A DNA stretch of 64,000 nt from Octopus sinensis (GCF_006345805.1 NC_043018.1:22692001-22756000), one strand, 5' to 3'; numbered from the stretch's first letter, positions 48,175 to 60,876 are shown. Numbers and translations: made by a program. Notes: generated by a model not told the origin, from the letters alone.

Positions 48175-48209
48175 GTTTCCGACGAAGAGCTCCGCTCGAA
48201 ACGTTAAAC
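48175..48209 (+). ncRNA. Minimal hammerhead-like motif with CCGACGA core
   Basis: GTTT-CCGACGA-A-GAGC(TCC)GCTC-GAAA-CG-TT-AAAC. Homologues at 12180-12212 (+) and 58723-58755 (-), with degenerate relatives at ~11463-11494 (+) and 57765-57799 (-). Confidence 0.55.
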
Positions 48210-48499
48210 CCTCCTTCCCTTCTTTCCTGAGCGTCAAATAATACTTTAATTGTTCCATGTCCTCGCGTTGTTGTTTTTTTCTGTGTTTTCTTGTTTGGAT
48301 TAACTATATATATATATATACGCAAAGGGCTTCATTCAGTTTCTATTTACCAGATCCATTCACAAGGCTTTGGTCAGCCTGGGGCTATACCAGAAGACAT
48401 CTGTGCTTGATGCAACACAGTGGGACTGAACCCAGGACCTTGTGGTTGAGAGGCAAACTTCTTCCAACTCAGTCATACCTGCACCTATAGCTCACCTAA

Positions 48500-48990
48500 A
48501 TTTCATACATGCATATATGCATACATATATACATGCACACATACATACATACACACAAATACACACATGCATACATATATACATACACACATATATACAC
48601 ATATAAACATGCATACATGCATATACACACACATATATACATACATACATACACATACATGCACACATACATACATGCATATATACATACACACACATAC
48701 ACACATGCATACATATATACATACACACATACATATATACACATATAAACATGCATACATACATATACACACACATATATATATCCATACACACACATGT
48801 ATACATACATACACAAATACATACATACATTCATACACATACACACATGCATACATATATATATACATACATACATGCATACACATGCATACATATATAC
48901 ATACACATACATAATGTATACATACATATACACACACACACATACATACATACATACACACATTTATACACACACACACACCACACACAC
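48500..48990. repeat. Compound (TACA/CA/TA)n microsatellite
   Basis: Direct reading of the sequence. Confidence 0.95.
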
Positions 48991-50389
48991 ATACTAAGAG
49001 AGAGAGAGAGACAGAGACAGAAAGAGAATAAGCAAAAAAATACTTTAACCAAGTCGTTTAACCCCAGGTCAGCTCCGAACCAGCAGAGGCCTTCCAATCC
49101 TGATAATTCCATGTTTATTTAAGCAAAAACTAACGTCATCTAAAACTACACTAAACAATGTCCTCATCATTTTTCTAAGAACTCCTAAGTGATTTTGATG
49201 CTCTTTCTAGGCCAAATGACCACATAAAGGCTATTTTCTTTTCAATTTGTGTTCAAATAAATACAGAAATACATATACTTCCCACTCGTGGTGTTCATGA
49301 TGGAGTTAAATCAACAGTTTTTACACGCCGAGACTATCTAAGGTTACATTAACCAATGTGTTCATCATTCTTCTTAAGGTTGTAAGATCTGAATTTGTAG
49401 TAGATTTGGTTGCTATTTCTAGCAGTTCAAACGACTACATAAAAGCTACATCTATTTTATTCAAATGTTAACCTACTTTCCACTTGTGATGGAGGTGGTG
49501 CTGGTGGTTTTTACTCGCCAATTCCTACAGGCAAAGAACGTCTAAGACAGCATTAACCATGTGGGGTCCGGGGACGGCACACGGAAGGGCCCGGCCCGGG
49601 CGGCACACACTCTAGCTACGCCAGTGTTCACAGCCTGAAATCTTAAGAAAATAGGCGAGCACATTGGTTAATGTTGTCTTAGATGTTCTTTGCCTGTAGG
49701 AATTGGTGACTAAAGATCACCGCCGCCGCCACCACAATTAGTAAGTAAATATATAAGACAGCGTGGAGGCACAATGGCCCAGTGGTTAGGGCAGCGAACT
49801 CGCGGTCATAGGATCGCGGTTTCGATTCCCAGACCGGGCGTTGTGAGTGTTTATTGAGCGAAAACACCTAAAGCTCCACGAGGCTCCGGCAGGGGATGGT
49901 GGTGATCCCTGCTGTACTCTTTCACCACAACTTCTCTCACTCTTACTTCCTCTTTCTGTTGTACCTGTTATTCAAAGGGCCGGCCTTGTCACTTTCTGTG
50001 TCACGCTGAATATCCCCGAGAACTACGTTAAGGGTACACGTGTCTGTGGAGTGCTCAGCCACTTACACGTTAATTTCACGAGCAGGCTGTTCCGTTGATT
50101 CGGTTCAACCGGAACCCTCGTCGTCGTAACCGACGGAGTGCTTCCATCCATATAAGACAGCATTAACCAATCTGCTCGCCCATTTTCCTAAGATGGCAGG
50201 TCGTGAATTTGTGTGTGATTTTGTTGCTATTTCTAACAGTTCGAGCGACTACGTACAAGCTTTTTCCTTGTCGACTTGTGTTCTAATAAATATTTACTTA
50301 CTAATTGTGGTGGAGAAAGGCAGTGGTCTTTGGTCTTCAGTCACCAATTCTACAGGCAAAGAACGTCTAAGACAACGTTAAACAATGTG

Positions 50390-51367
50390 AGGCGGCGAGC
50401 TGGCAGAATCGTTAGCACGCCGGGCGAAATGCTTAGCGGTATTTCGGCTGCCGTTACGTTCTGAGTTCAAATTCCGCCAAGGTCGACTTTGCCTTTCATC
50501 CTTTCGAGGTCGATAAATTAAGTACCAGTTACGCACTGGGGTCGATGTAATCGATTTAATACCTATGTCTGTCCTTGTTTGTTCCCTCTGTGTTTAGCCC
50601 CTAGTGGGTAATAAAGAAATAGGTATTTCGGCTGCCGTTACGTTCTGAGTTCAAATTCCACCAAGGTCGACTTTGCCTTTCATCCTTTTGAGGTCGATAA
50701 ATTAAGTACCAGTTACGAACTGGGGTCGATGTAATCGACTTAATACCTATGTCTGTCCTTGTTTGTCCCCTCTATGTTTAGCCCCTTGTGGGTAATAAAG
50801 AAATATGTATTTCGTCTGCCATTACGTTCTGAGTTCAAATTCCGCCAAGGTCGACTTTGCCTTTCATCCTTTCGGGGTCGATTAAATAAGTACCAGTTAC
50901 ACACTGGTGTCGATATAATCGACTTCATCCGTTTGTCTGTCCTTGTTTGTCCCCTCTATGTTTAGCCCCTTGTGGGTAATAAAGAAATATGTATTTCGTC
51001 TGCCATTACGTTCTGAGTTCAAATTCCGCCAAGGTCGACTTTGCCTTTCATCCTTTCGAGGTTGATAAATTAAGTACCAGTTACACACTGGGGTCGATGT
51101 AATCGACTTAATACCTATGTCTGTCCTTGTCTTTTTCTTCCCCTCTATGTTTAGCCCCTTGTGGTAATAAAGAAATATGTTATTTCGTCTGCCATTACGT
51201 CTGAGTTCAAATTCGCCAAGGTCGACTTTGCCTTTCATCCTTTCGGGGTCGATTAAATAAGTACCAGTTACACACTGGTGTCGATATAATCGACTTCATC
51301 CGTTTGTCTGTCCTTGTTTGTCCCCTCTATGTTTAGCCCCTTGTGGGTAGTAAAGAAATAGGTATTT
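50390..51367 (+). repeat. SINE family B tandem array (head plus 5 bodies) within an imperfect TSD
   Basis: Head GGCGGCGAGCTGGCAGAATCG, junctions at about 50622, 50805, 50989 and 51177. Flanks are AACGTTAAACAATGTG / AACATTAACCAATGTG. Confidence 0.9.
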
Positions 51368-51432
51368 AGTTAATAAAAAATCAAACATTAACCAATGTGC
51401 TCGCCTATTTTCCTAAGATTGCAGGCTGTGAA

Positions 51433-51572
51433 CACTAGCGTAGCTAGAGTGTGTGCCGCCCCCAGACCCCACAAAAAACACAAGTTGTCTATCTACAGCA
51501 ATAGCCTACAACAGGATGAAAAGTGCCGCACGGGCCGGGTCGCCCCTACTACCCCCATCAGCTACGCTAGCG
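51433..51572. mobile_element. hAT-type MITE
   Basis: TIR CACTAGCGTAGCT / AGCTACGCTAGCG (12/13 match) and an 8-bp TSD GCTGTGAA at 51425-51432 and 51573-51580. Confidence 0.8.
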
Positions 51573-51929
51573 GCTGTGAATTCGTGTAAGATTTCGTTGT
51601 TATTTCTAGCATTTCAAGCGACTACCTAAAAGCTTCCTTATCAACTTATTCGTATATTTACTTTCCACTTGTTGTGATAGCGGCGGCGGTGGTGGTGTTT
51701 GGTTGCCAATTACAACCTTATAATGTTACTTTAATAGTCCTCCTCTCGCGTAGTTGCTGTCATTAAGAACTTCCTGCTCACTCTGTGTTTTATTTTTAAT
51801 TATTATGTCCCGTAATTCACTTCACAGTAACCACTCAACCAACAGATGGAGCAGTTTTTCCAGTTCCTGGAATTGTAGTTTTCTCTAGATCAGGACGTAT
51901 TGTACTTGTATTTTTGTTCAGCTAGAAAT

Positions 51930-54185
51930 ATGATCGTTCATTTGTCCTCCGCGAAACATTCGCACGATTTAGTCGTTCCAATCGATAAAAGATGTAATGT
52001 TCTTTTCTCTACCAACATCGAAGAGTTTGATCATATAATTTGGTGGAAGGGTCTTTTAATTCAAGAAATTTTCATATGCTGTCATACGTTCACCGTCCAA
52101 GTGAGGAAGAACACAGAACGATCGCTTTTGGATGATACTATCAACGGACTTACTGATAAAAAAACTTTGAGACGTCTTTCTGTGGAACAAGCAAGACAAC
52201 AACAACAGCAAGAAGATAAAGAAGATGATGGTATATTATATACGACAGATACACTTTTAACTCGGGAGCAGATTGAGGAAACTGGAGCCATTCTTTTCAA
52301 GCATTCACGTAAGAAGATATCGAATGTAGTTCTTGGAATGTACGTAATGAAATTGCTTTACTGTTATATTCTACCTCGTTTGTTAATAACTCTAGAAGAC
52401 CTTCCATTTCTAAAAGCACTGCAACAACTCATAAATAAGGAATATTTTGTCATTCAAAAGGAAATTATGGATAATGATTGTAAAATTCTGCAAACGACAA
52501 ACGAACTCGCTAAAAAACGAGAGATATTGTGTTCTTTCACCGAACCTCACCAAGACAGCTTCTTTGCTGCTATTGACAAATCGTTTCTGGAGACCCTTCG
52601 TTCACATTTTATTAACGATTTATCTTACATGGAAGAACACTATATGGCATCACAAATGCAGATAAAGGAGTCGAAAAACAATTCGGATAAAAGAAATACC
52701 TTGTATTTTGAGCAAATGGAAAGTCAAAGAATTATTGAACGGACACAGAGATGGAAAAAAATATTAACAAAAATCAACCACAGACTCAGAGAACCCCTGA
52801 AACAGTCTAAAAGGAAAAGTATAAAGTTGGAAAATAATATACTGGAACTTTGTGATTACTCAAAAATTTTCCAAGATGTTAAAGAGTGCAAAATGAAAAT
52901 GAAAATGGATTGCTTTTACAAAATTAAAATTCTTGCTATTGGCGAATTGATTAAAACATCTGTTTACGAAGTTGAAACATTTTGCGAATCTTTAGGGACC
53001 AGTAATAAGAGGAATACTATTTCCAGCTTTTTGGTAACTTACGACCATGATGTGTCTTCACATTGGCAAACATGCGAAGAGAAAATTCTTATTGTTTTAA
53101 CGAACCATAATGAAATTCGACAGAAGCATTTAGACTTTATTAGCGAAATAAACGGAAAGGTTTCTCTTTCCCTGTCGGACGATACTATCTTCAGATTAGC
53201 AGACACTGATCGGTTCGATGTAAAAAGTTGTGATATTGTTGGCCAAGCTGAAAATCTAGCTGGAAGATTTGGTCCCGGAGAAGAAAGTAGTTTCCCGCAA
53301 CCGTTCAGTGAACTTACAGAGTTGACATTTATGCAACTCAAAGAGAGGATTTCTGAACATGTCTATCAAATGCACGAGGAATTAATCACAATTTCAGAAC
53401 TTGAAAAGAGCGAACAAAAAATGATATTTGTTATATATGAAGATCTGTTATTTAACGAAATCATGGAAGATTTATACAAATTGTCCAAGATTGCCTGTAA
53501 ATCTTATTGCAGGTGCATTTGGGAAAAAGTGAGTACTTTGCCTTTTAGTAGTTTGCCTATAAGCGAAGTATTTACGAAGATTGAAAAACGAATGTCGAGG
53601 TTAAGTCGTTATCACAGAAGCAAAAGTATATTCGATTTTCAAAACTCTTTCCCCTCTCTTAGTTTTGAATCTGCTTTGAAATCCAAGTCGGTATCAACTC
53701 TGTATAAGGTGGCCGACATAGATGAACAATGCCAAATGCTTCAGACACTTGATTTAGAAACGAAACCAACATCGAAAAGAAACAGTTCCGTTTACGTAAG
53801 ACGTGACACAATAACCCTTGAAGAATTCTGCGAACACTTCAAACCGGCCTTGATGAATATCAAGGAAATTTTAAAATCTCCTACCATCCTGTCAAAGCTT
53901 CATGCCATTCAACTGTCAGTAAAATGCATATCTAATTGCATCCTTGATAACCAGAAAAGGCCTGCCACGGCTGACGATATAATTACTTCTTTGTGTGGAT
54001 TACTTAAGTCACTCAATAAGGAACAGTTCCAGACATTGTGCTATCAGTTGGCGTTGGTGGACATTTTTATTCCACAGTCACATCGGATTGGACCCTATGG
54101 TAACTCCCTAATTCACTTTAACTGTTCATTACAGGCTCTCTATATTGAGAGTTGTAACGAAATTAGGCACCACGCCCAGTTCTGA
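51930..54185 (+). CDS. Intronless ORF encoding a VPS9-domain protein (VPS9D1-like putative Rab5-family GEF)
   Basis: 751 aa from the first ATG in otherwise repeat-choked DNA. The C-terminus HFKPALMNIKEILKSPTILSKLHAIQ...ATADDIITSL...LALVDIFIPQSHRIGPYGNSLIHFNCSL follows the VPS9 pattern (xKL, ADD, GxxGYxL). Acceptor-like sites just upstream (TTTTCTCTAG, TTTTGTTCAG) leave the true start uncertain. Confidence 0.75.
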   Translation: MIVHLSSAKHSHDLVVPIDKRCNVLFSTNIEEFDHIIWWKGLLIQEIFICCHTFTVQVRKNTERSLLDDTINGLTDKKTLRRLSVEQARQQQQQEDKEDDGILYTTDTLLTREQIEETGAILFKHSRKKISNVVLGMYVMKLLYCYILPRLLITLEDLPFLKALQQLINKEYFVIQKEIMDNDCKILQTTNELAKKREILCSFTEPHQDSFFAAIDKSFLETLRSHFINDLSYMEEHYMASQMQIKESKNNSDKRNTLYFEQMESQRIIERTQRWKKILTKINHRLREPLKQSKRKSIKLENNILELCDYSKIFQDVKECKMKMKMDCFYKIKILAIGELIKTSVYEVETFCESLGTSNKRNTISSFLVTYDHDVSSHWQTCEEKILIVLTNHNEIRQKHLDFISEINGKVSLSLSDDTIFRLADTDRFDVKSCDIVGQAENLAGRFGPGEESSFPQPFSELTELTFMQLKERISEHVYQMHEELITISELEKSEQKMIFVIYEDLLFNEIMEDLYKLSKIACKSYCRCIWEKVSTLPFSSLPISEVFTKIEKRMSRLSRYHRSKSIFDFQNSFPSLSFESALKSKSVSTLYKVADIDEQCQMLQTLDLETKPTSKRNSSVYVRRDTITLEEFCEHFKPALMNIKEILKSPTILSKLHAIQLSVKCISNCILDNQKRPATADDIITSLCGLLKSLNKEQFQTLCYQLALVDIFIPQSHRIGPYGNSLIHFNCSLQALYIESCNEIRHHAQF

Positions 54186-54264
54186 TTAATTAACCATATT
54201 TTGAATCGAATCTTCATATGTATTCTTTACATTAATTAACATCATTCACACACTCCCATGTTCA

Positions 54265-54303
<39 letters not shown>

Positions 54304-54326
54304 TGTGTGTGTGAGAGAGAGAGAGA

Positions 54327-54358
<32 letters not shown>

Positions 54359-54604
54359 TAGAAAGAGTGTGTGTGTGTGTGTGTGTGTCAACGTTTCATT
54401 GATTTATAAACTATCGAAACATTCAAGAGAACATACAATAATTCACCTTTTGGAACAGTGAATCTCGAAGCACGTAAATCTATAAACAATGGCATGTAAA
54501 TGTTGGGTTGAAAAAACCCTATTGGGCTGAAAAATATATACATTATATTATTTATAACATAAAGTGCTTCGATATCCTCTATTCCCCAAAAGATTATGTA
54601 TGTA

Positions 54605-54765
54605 CTGTATTTTAACGTGTATAAGGAACCCGTTTTTGTAAAAATTGGTTAAAAAAAATATGGGAGCTTCTTATACATGGATAGTATTATAATGCTTTAT
54701 AAAACCTTTCTTCCAAATTTTAAGCCCCTAAAATTAGGGGTTTCCATATACACGTTAAAATACGG
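54605..54765. mobile_element. pogo/Tc1-mariner-type MITE (TA TSD)
   Basis: TA|CTGTATTTTAACGTGTATAAGGAACCC...GGGTTTCCATATACACGTTAAAATACGG|TA. A shorter relative lies at ~12045-12120. Confidence 0.7.
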
Positions 54766-54944
54766 TATGTATGGCGCCAAACACTGCCGTGCTTATAATT
54801 ATAATTTTGGAAAATGCTTGTTAATAAACTAAATATAAAGAAATGTATCCAAAACAAGGAAGTAAATATTATTTGCTGTTGTTGTATCGCTGTTGGTATT
54901 TTGAAACATAAAATCACGCTGTCACCTTCCTGATAGTGTTTGAG

Positions 54945-54965
54945 TGTGTATATATATATGTGTTA

Positions 54966-55007
<42 letters not shown>

Positions 55008-55227
55008 TATATATATATATATATAGATATAGATAGATATTAATATATATATAATGTATAGATATATTTTATATATATATATGTATATATATATATTATA
55101 TATATATATGTATATATATTATATGTATATATATATGTATATATATATATGTATATATATAATGTATATATATATATATATATTATATATATATATATGT
55201 ATATATATATATGTATATATATGTATA

Positions 55228-55260
<33 letters not shown>

Positions 55261-55413
55261 GTATGGTGTATGTATGTATTATAGTGCCTTTCATCTTATG
55301 TATTTTCTGTTTCTGTCAGCACGTTATTTACCCTTAATGTACATATTCGCCCGTCACATATCTCATATGTACATACATGCACATTATTCATTCACATACA
55401 CGCACATACATAC

Positions 55414-55472
<59 letters not shown>

Positions 55473-55510
55473 CTATGTATATATACAATATATATGTATA
55501 TATATATATG

Positions 55511-55560
<50 letters not shown>

Positions 55561-55647
55561 ATATATAATATATTATATTATATATATATATGTAATATAT
55601 ATATGTAATATAGATATATATATATTACATATATATATATACATATA

Positions 55648-55703
<56 letters not shown>

Positions 55704-55781
55704 CATATATTATATACATATATATAATGTATATATATATATGTATATATATATATGTATATATAATATATGTTTATATAT

Positions 55782-55850
<69 letters not shown>

Positions 55851-55880
55851 TAATACAAATTATTACATATATATATACAT
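54945..55880. repeat. Long imperfect (TA)n tract
   Basis: Direct reading of the sequence. Confidence 0.95.
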
Positions 55881-56793
55881 GTTAAATAATGGGACACTCA
55901 CTCACGCATGCACGTACGCCCGCGCTCGAAACAAATGTAAGGTGTGGCTGTGCGATAAGAAGCCTGCTTCCCAACCACATGGTTCCGGTTTCAGTCCCAC
56001 TGCGTGGCACCTTGGGCAAGTGTCTTCTACTATACTCTTGGACCGACCAAAGCCTTGTGAGTGCATTTGGTAGATGGAAACTGAACGAAGCCCGTCGTAT
56101 ATATATATGCATATATATTTATACTTATATATGTGTGTGTGTATGTATGTATGTATCTATGTGTGTGTGTATGTATGTATGTATCTATGTGTGTGTGTGT
56201 GTGTGTGTGTCTATTTGTCCCCATCGCCACTTAACAACCGGTGTTGGTGTGTTTACGTCCCTGTAACTTAGCAGTCACCGATAGAATAAGTACCGGGCTT
56301 AACAAATACGTCCTGGAATCGATTTGTTCGACTAAAATCCTTCAAGGCGGTGCTCGCTCCAGCATGGCCGTAGTGAATTGACTTAAATAAAAGAAGATAG
56401 ATATATAAATAGATAGATAGATAGATAAAGATAGTTATGGTCGGTCTATGGGGTGCTTAGTTAAGCACTTTATGGTCGTGAAACCCAGAGTAACCCTATG
56501 AACCGGCCATAACTATCTTTAATCGAATTACCCTACCACTCTATAACTTAGAGTGTGTACCTCTTCTGGATTTATGATTCACTGACGATTTGTATTATAT
56601 TATATATAGGCGTAGGCGTGGCTATGTGGTAAGAAGCTTGCTTCCCAATCGCATGACTCCGGGTTCAGTCCCAATATGTGGCATCTTGGGCAAGTGTCTT
56701 TTGCTATAGCCTCGGGATGACCAAGTCTTGTAAGTAGATTCCGCAAAGGGAAACTGAAAGAAGCCCGTCATATATACACACACACACACACAC

Positions 56794-56832
<39 letters not shown>

Positions 56833-58063
56833 GTGTGTGTGTGTGTGTGTCTTTATGTCTGTGTTTGTCTCGCCACCATCGCTTGACAGCCGATGTTGGT
56901 GTGTTTATGTCTGTAATTCGCAAAAAAGTAACCGATAGAATAAGTACTAGTCTACAAAGAATAAGCCCTGGGTCGATTTCTTCGACTAAAGCCCTTTAAG
57001 GCGGTGTTTCAGCATGACCGAAGTCAAATGACTGAACATAAAAGAATAATTATAATATATATATTATATATATATTGGTGATTGAAGAAATGGAGAATTC
57101 ACCAATAATGTTTAATTTCAATTATCCGCACCAACGCACGGTTGCAACGCCAGATGGTTGTACCTCCAACCGTGCTGTTCACGCTGTGATTTTTGCTACT
57201 AAGGTATCGGTTAAACTTTTGATTAATCTACTACAAGATTATTCATCTTTCTATTTCACATTATATATATATATATATATATATGTTTGTTTGTTCCTTC
57301 TCGAACCATGCCTGGCTCATAGGGCCGGTTTCCTTGGCGTATAGGTTCCCAACCTGGACGGGACACCGGTCCGCCACAGGTGAGCTGCTAGATGCAGGAA
57401 GAAAGAGTGAGAGAAAGTTGTGGCAAAGGGTCAGCAAATTACCTTTTGCCGGTCTGAGATTCGAACCCGCGATTCCTCGACAGCGAGTCCGCTGCTCTAA
57501 CCACGAAGCCATGTGCCTACACACACAACACACACACACACACATATACTTCGCTTTTGTATTTGGTTTACAAGATTCTTGCTATGAATTCGTGTGTTGA
57601 AACAAAATTTTTTTGTGTATTGGGTGAATCTGGCAAGACAACAAAATAGATATACATTTACATATACATATATGGTTCAAATTTACAGAAAACGAAAGAC
57701 GAAAACAGGTGTAGGAACGACAAGCAGGTGTATTAAGTTTAACGCTTGGGAAGAATGGAAAGGTCTTTGACGTTTCGAGCCTACGCTCACAACAGAAAGG
57801 ATTGAAAGAAAAAGAATAAAAAAACGAGGGAAAAATTGTATAGAGATTAACGGTTCAAACATGTGTGTATGTATGTATAAACTATTTTATTGAAGCTGAG
57901 AAAAGACTGTCTGATGAACGGTTACATGAAAACCCGGGTAACAATTTGTAAAGGTTTTTTTTGTGATTTTTTTTTTTTTTTTGCTTCAATAAATACTATT
58001 TTATTCTACCTTTGGTATTCGAGTACTATTTTTCTCCACTTCGTTTTGCTTCTATGTTCTTAG

Positions 58064-58105
<42 letters not shown>

Positions 58106-58591
58106 ATGTAAGACGAGGTGCTGAATAGTTCTTGGCTTTAAGGGTGTCGCGAAGGGCCTGGCTGGAGACCCACCTTTCTTTTACAAGGCTTAGAAAAAAT
58201 TAACGTTTCAACATCCCTCGTATATGTGTGTATATATGTATGTATCTATATGTGGGTGTGTGTGTACTTATATATTCTTCTATGCGTTTGAGCCCAAAGG
58301 CTGTGACCATGTTGGGGCACCGCCAGTACCTTGCATTTTCGGTGGCCCTTCTCTGTGATTTCGCTATTACTATTTTCTTTTGAGTTTCTTGTCACGATGT
58401 AGGTTTGTCCAATTGCTCTTTGAAAGCATCTACATCTAACCCCCACTCACACTCCATGTAGATCTTTCAGATTTTTTGTCAAGTTATTAATTAGCTGTGG
58501 GCCTTTGTATTTCAGCTGATTGCAGTACCTGGCCCCGCACTCTACACGTGCTGTGTCGAATCTTTGGAACAGTGCAACGACGTCCTGTGTA

Positions 58592-58639
<48 letters not shown>

Positions 58640-59059
58640 TAATCCAAACAAGAAAACACAAAAAACACAACAACGCGAGGACGTGGAACAAATATAGTAT
58701 TTTGGACGCTCAGGAAAGGAGGATTTACGTTTCGAGCGGAGCTCTCGTCGGAAACATAGGAGAAGGAAAGATCCAGAGAAGGAAGACAGAAAGAAAAAAA
58801 TCGCCAACGGTACACACGAGGTCACATTTTGAAAGCATATATATATATATATTTCGTTTTTTTGGATTTGGTTTGGAAGATTCTTTTGGTGAGTTCGTGT
58901 ATTGAAGCATATTCTGTTGTGTCGACGAAAATTTTAGAAAAATAAAAAGAAATACGTGGAAATTTTACCGGTGAGTGTGTAAATTAAAGGCACCAAAAGA
59001 GAATGACTCTCCCCAGACACACCAGTATATACTATAGATATGTATATATATATTTTATG

Positions 59060-59126
<67 letters not shown>

Positions 59127-59354
59127 CTTACGTGATAAAAAACCAGGGTGCGTTGTCATTACCCTCTGGTCAATAACTGATGAGGAATTAGGGACCTTTC
59201 TATGTGTTTCCCGTTCGCTGTGCATTTATTATTGTTTTTTTAACTTGCCATTCTGTGTGTGTTTCGTTTGCGCATTTACTGTACATTTTTTCATTTATAT
59301 GTGTGTATGTATATGTATGTGTATATATGTATATGTATTTATATATATATGTGT

Positions 59355-59397
<43 letters not shown>

Positions 59398-59707
59398 GGG
59401 CTTCATTGCAGCTATGGTGTGGATTCGATCCTCGATCGCCAAATGTCACTTAACTGTTTAACAGCACTTTTCTCACTATAAAACAAGTTTTTTTTTTTGT
59501 GAGTGACAGCAGTTACATTTACCAAATTATGTCTCTGCCACTAGGTTATCCTTAAAAAGACGGTTTGCTGAAGACTGGAATGTCTTTGATGATAGGTTTG
59601 CTGTATCAGGGTTAATTTGAGGCTAAATAACAAAAACATTATGATCCTTAGGGAAAATCGTGCGGGTGGAAAGATCAATAGGGGGTGGGGGTTAAATTTC
59701 CGAGGCT

Positions 59708-60053
59708 TCCACCTCACCTCACCCTGTTTTTCGGACCTCAAAAAGGGTTTTGTAGGCATATTTGGAGATCACAGGAGCTTTAGGTGTTTTCGCTCAATAA
59801 ACACTCACAACAACGCCCGGTCTGGGAATCGAAACCGCGATCCCACAACCCGAGTCTGCTGCCATATGTATGTATGGAGGCGCAATGGCCCAGTGATTAG
59901 GGCAGCGGACTCGCGGTTGTAGGATCGCGGTTTCGATTCCCAGACCGGGCGTTTTGAGTGTTTATTGAGCGAAAACACCTAAAGCTCCTGTGATCTCCAA
60001 ATATGCTACAAAACCCTTTTTGAGGTCCGAAAAACAGGGTGAGGTGAGGTGGA
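59708..60053. repeat. Fold-back inverted duplication of a family D SINE head plus flank
   Basis: 59708-59863 is the reverse complement of ~59900-60053. Confidence 0.9.
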
Positions 60054-60479
60054 CAGGTTATAGGAACATAAACCTTCTTCCACGAAAAGATAGCTTAAAC
60101 AGTGCTCCTAATGGAGGTGTAGTCAAATCCTATTTTATGGACTCAACCATGTTCTAAAATAAGTCGAAAGGTAAGCTACTATAAATCGGCACGAACTTTC
60201 CGGACAACCCATTATATATATTTTTTCATAGTATCATTGGCCTAGCGTTCACTTCTACCAAGCATGGTAGATGAAGCGAAGTATAGCCCCAAAAGTAGGC
60301 CAAAGTTGTTTTAAATGTTTGCGCAAATTCATAAGTACTATAAGAATTTACCATTCCACTCGTTTCAAGGAGAAAGTTCTTAGTTTTAGAGGTATTCATT
60401 TAATTTTGATTTATTATTTGTTTTTTGTTTTCATAATTGTTATTGTAATAATTCATAATTTTTCTCACGATATCAAGTA

Positions 60480-60876
60480 CTAGCAGTATCGCCCGGCGTT
60501 GCTCGGGTTTGTAAGGGAAATAACTATATAGGCATTTTTAGAGATGTAAAGTATAATAGCCATCTCAATATGGCTAACCACAAAGGGGAGGGTGTTACTG
60601 TAGCTTTTTACGTTCTGAGATTTTAATAATAAATTTTTAGAGAGTTACTTCCCTTACATATGCCAAAAATGGCATTAAAAATGGGGAAAATTGATGGTAA
60701 TTTTTTTTTAATCGTAGACTCATCGTAGACGCGCGCTAATACCCAGAAGGGCTCGATATGAATCACGACTATAAGATACCCGGTTTTGGTTAAACTGCAC
60801 CGCAAAATGTGGGAGTAGTTAGGAATCTAAATCGTAGGAGACAGACAGCACACAACCTCACTTTTATATATAAAGA
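60480..60876 (-). mobile_element. Non-autonomous Helitron
   Basis: Minus strand reads A|TCTTTATATATAAAA...CCCGAGCAACGCCGGG (hairpin)...CTAG|T: 5' TC, 3' CTAG, subterminal hairpin, A/T insertion site, no TSD. Confidence 0.8.
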
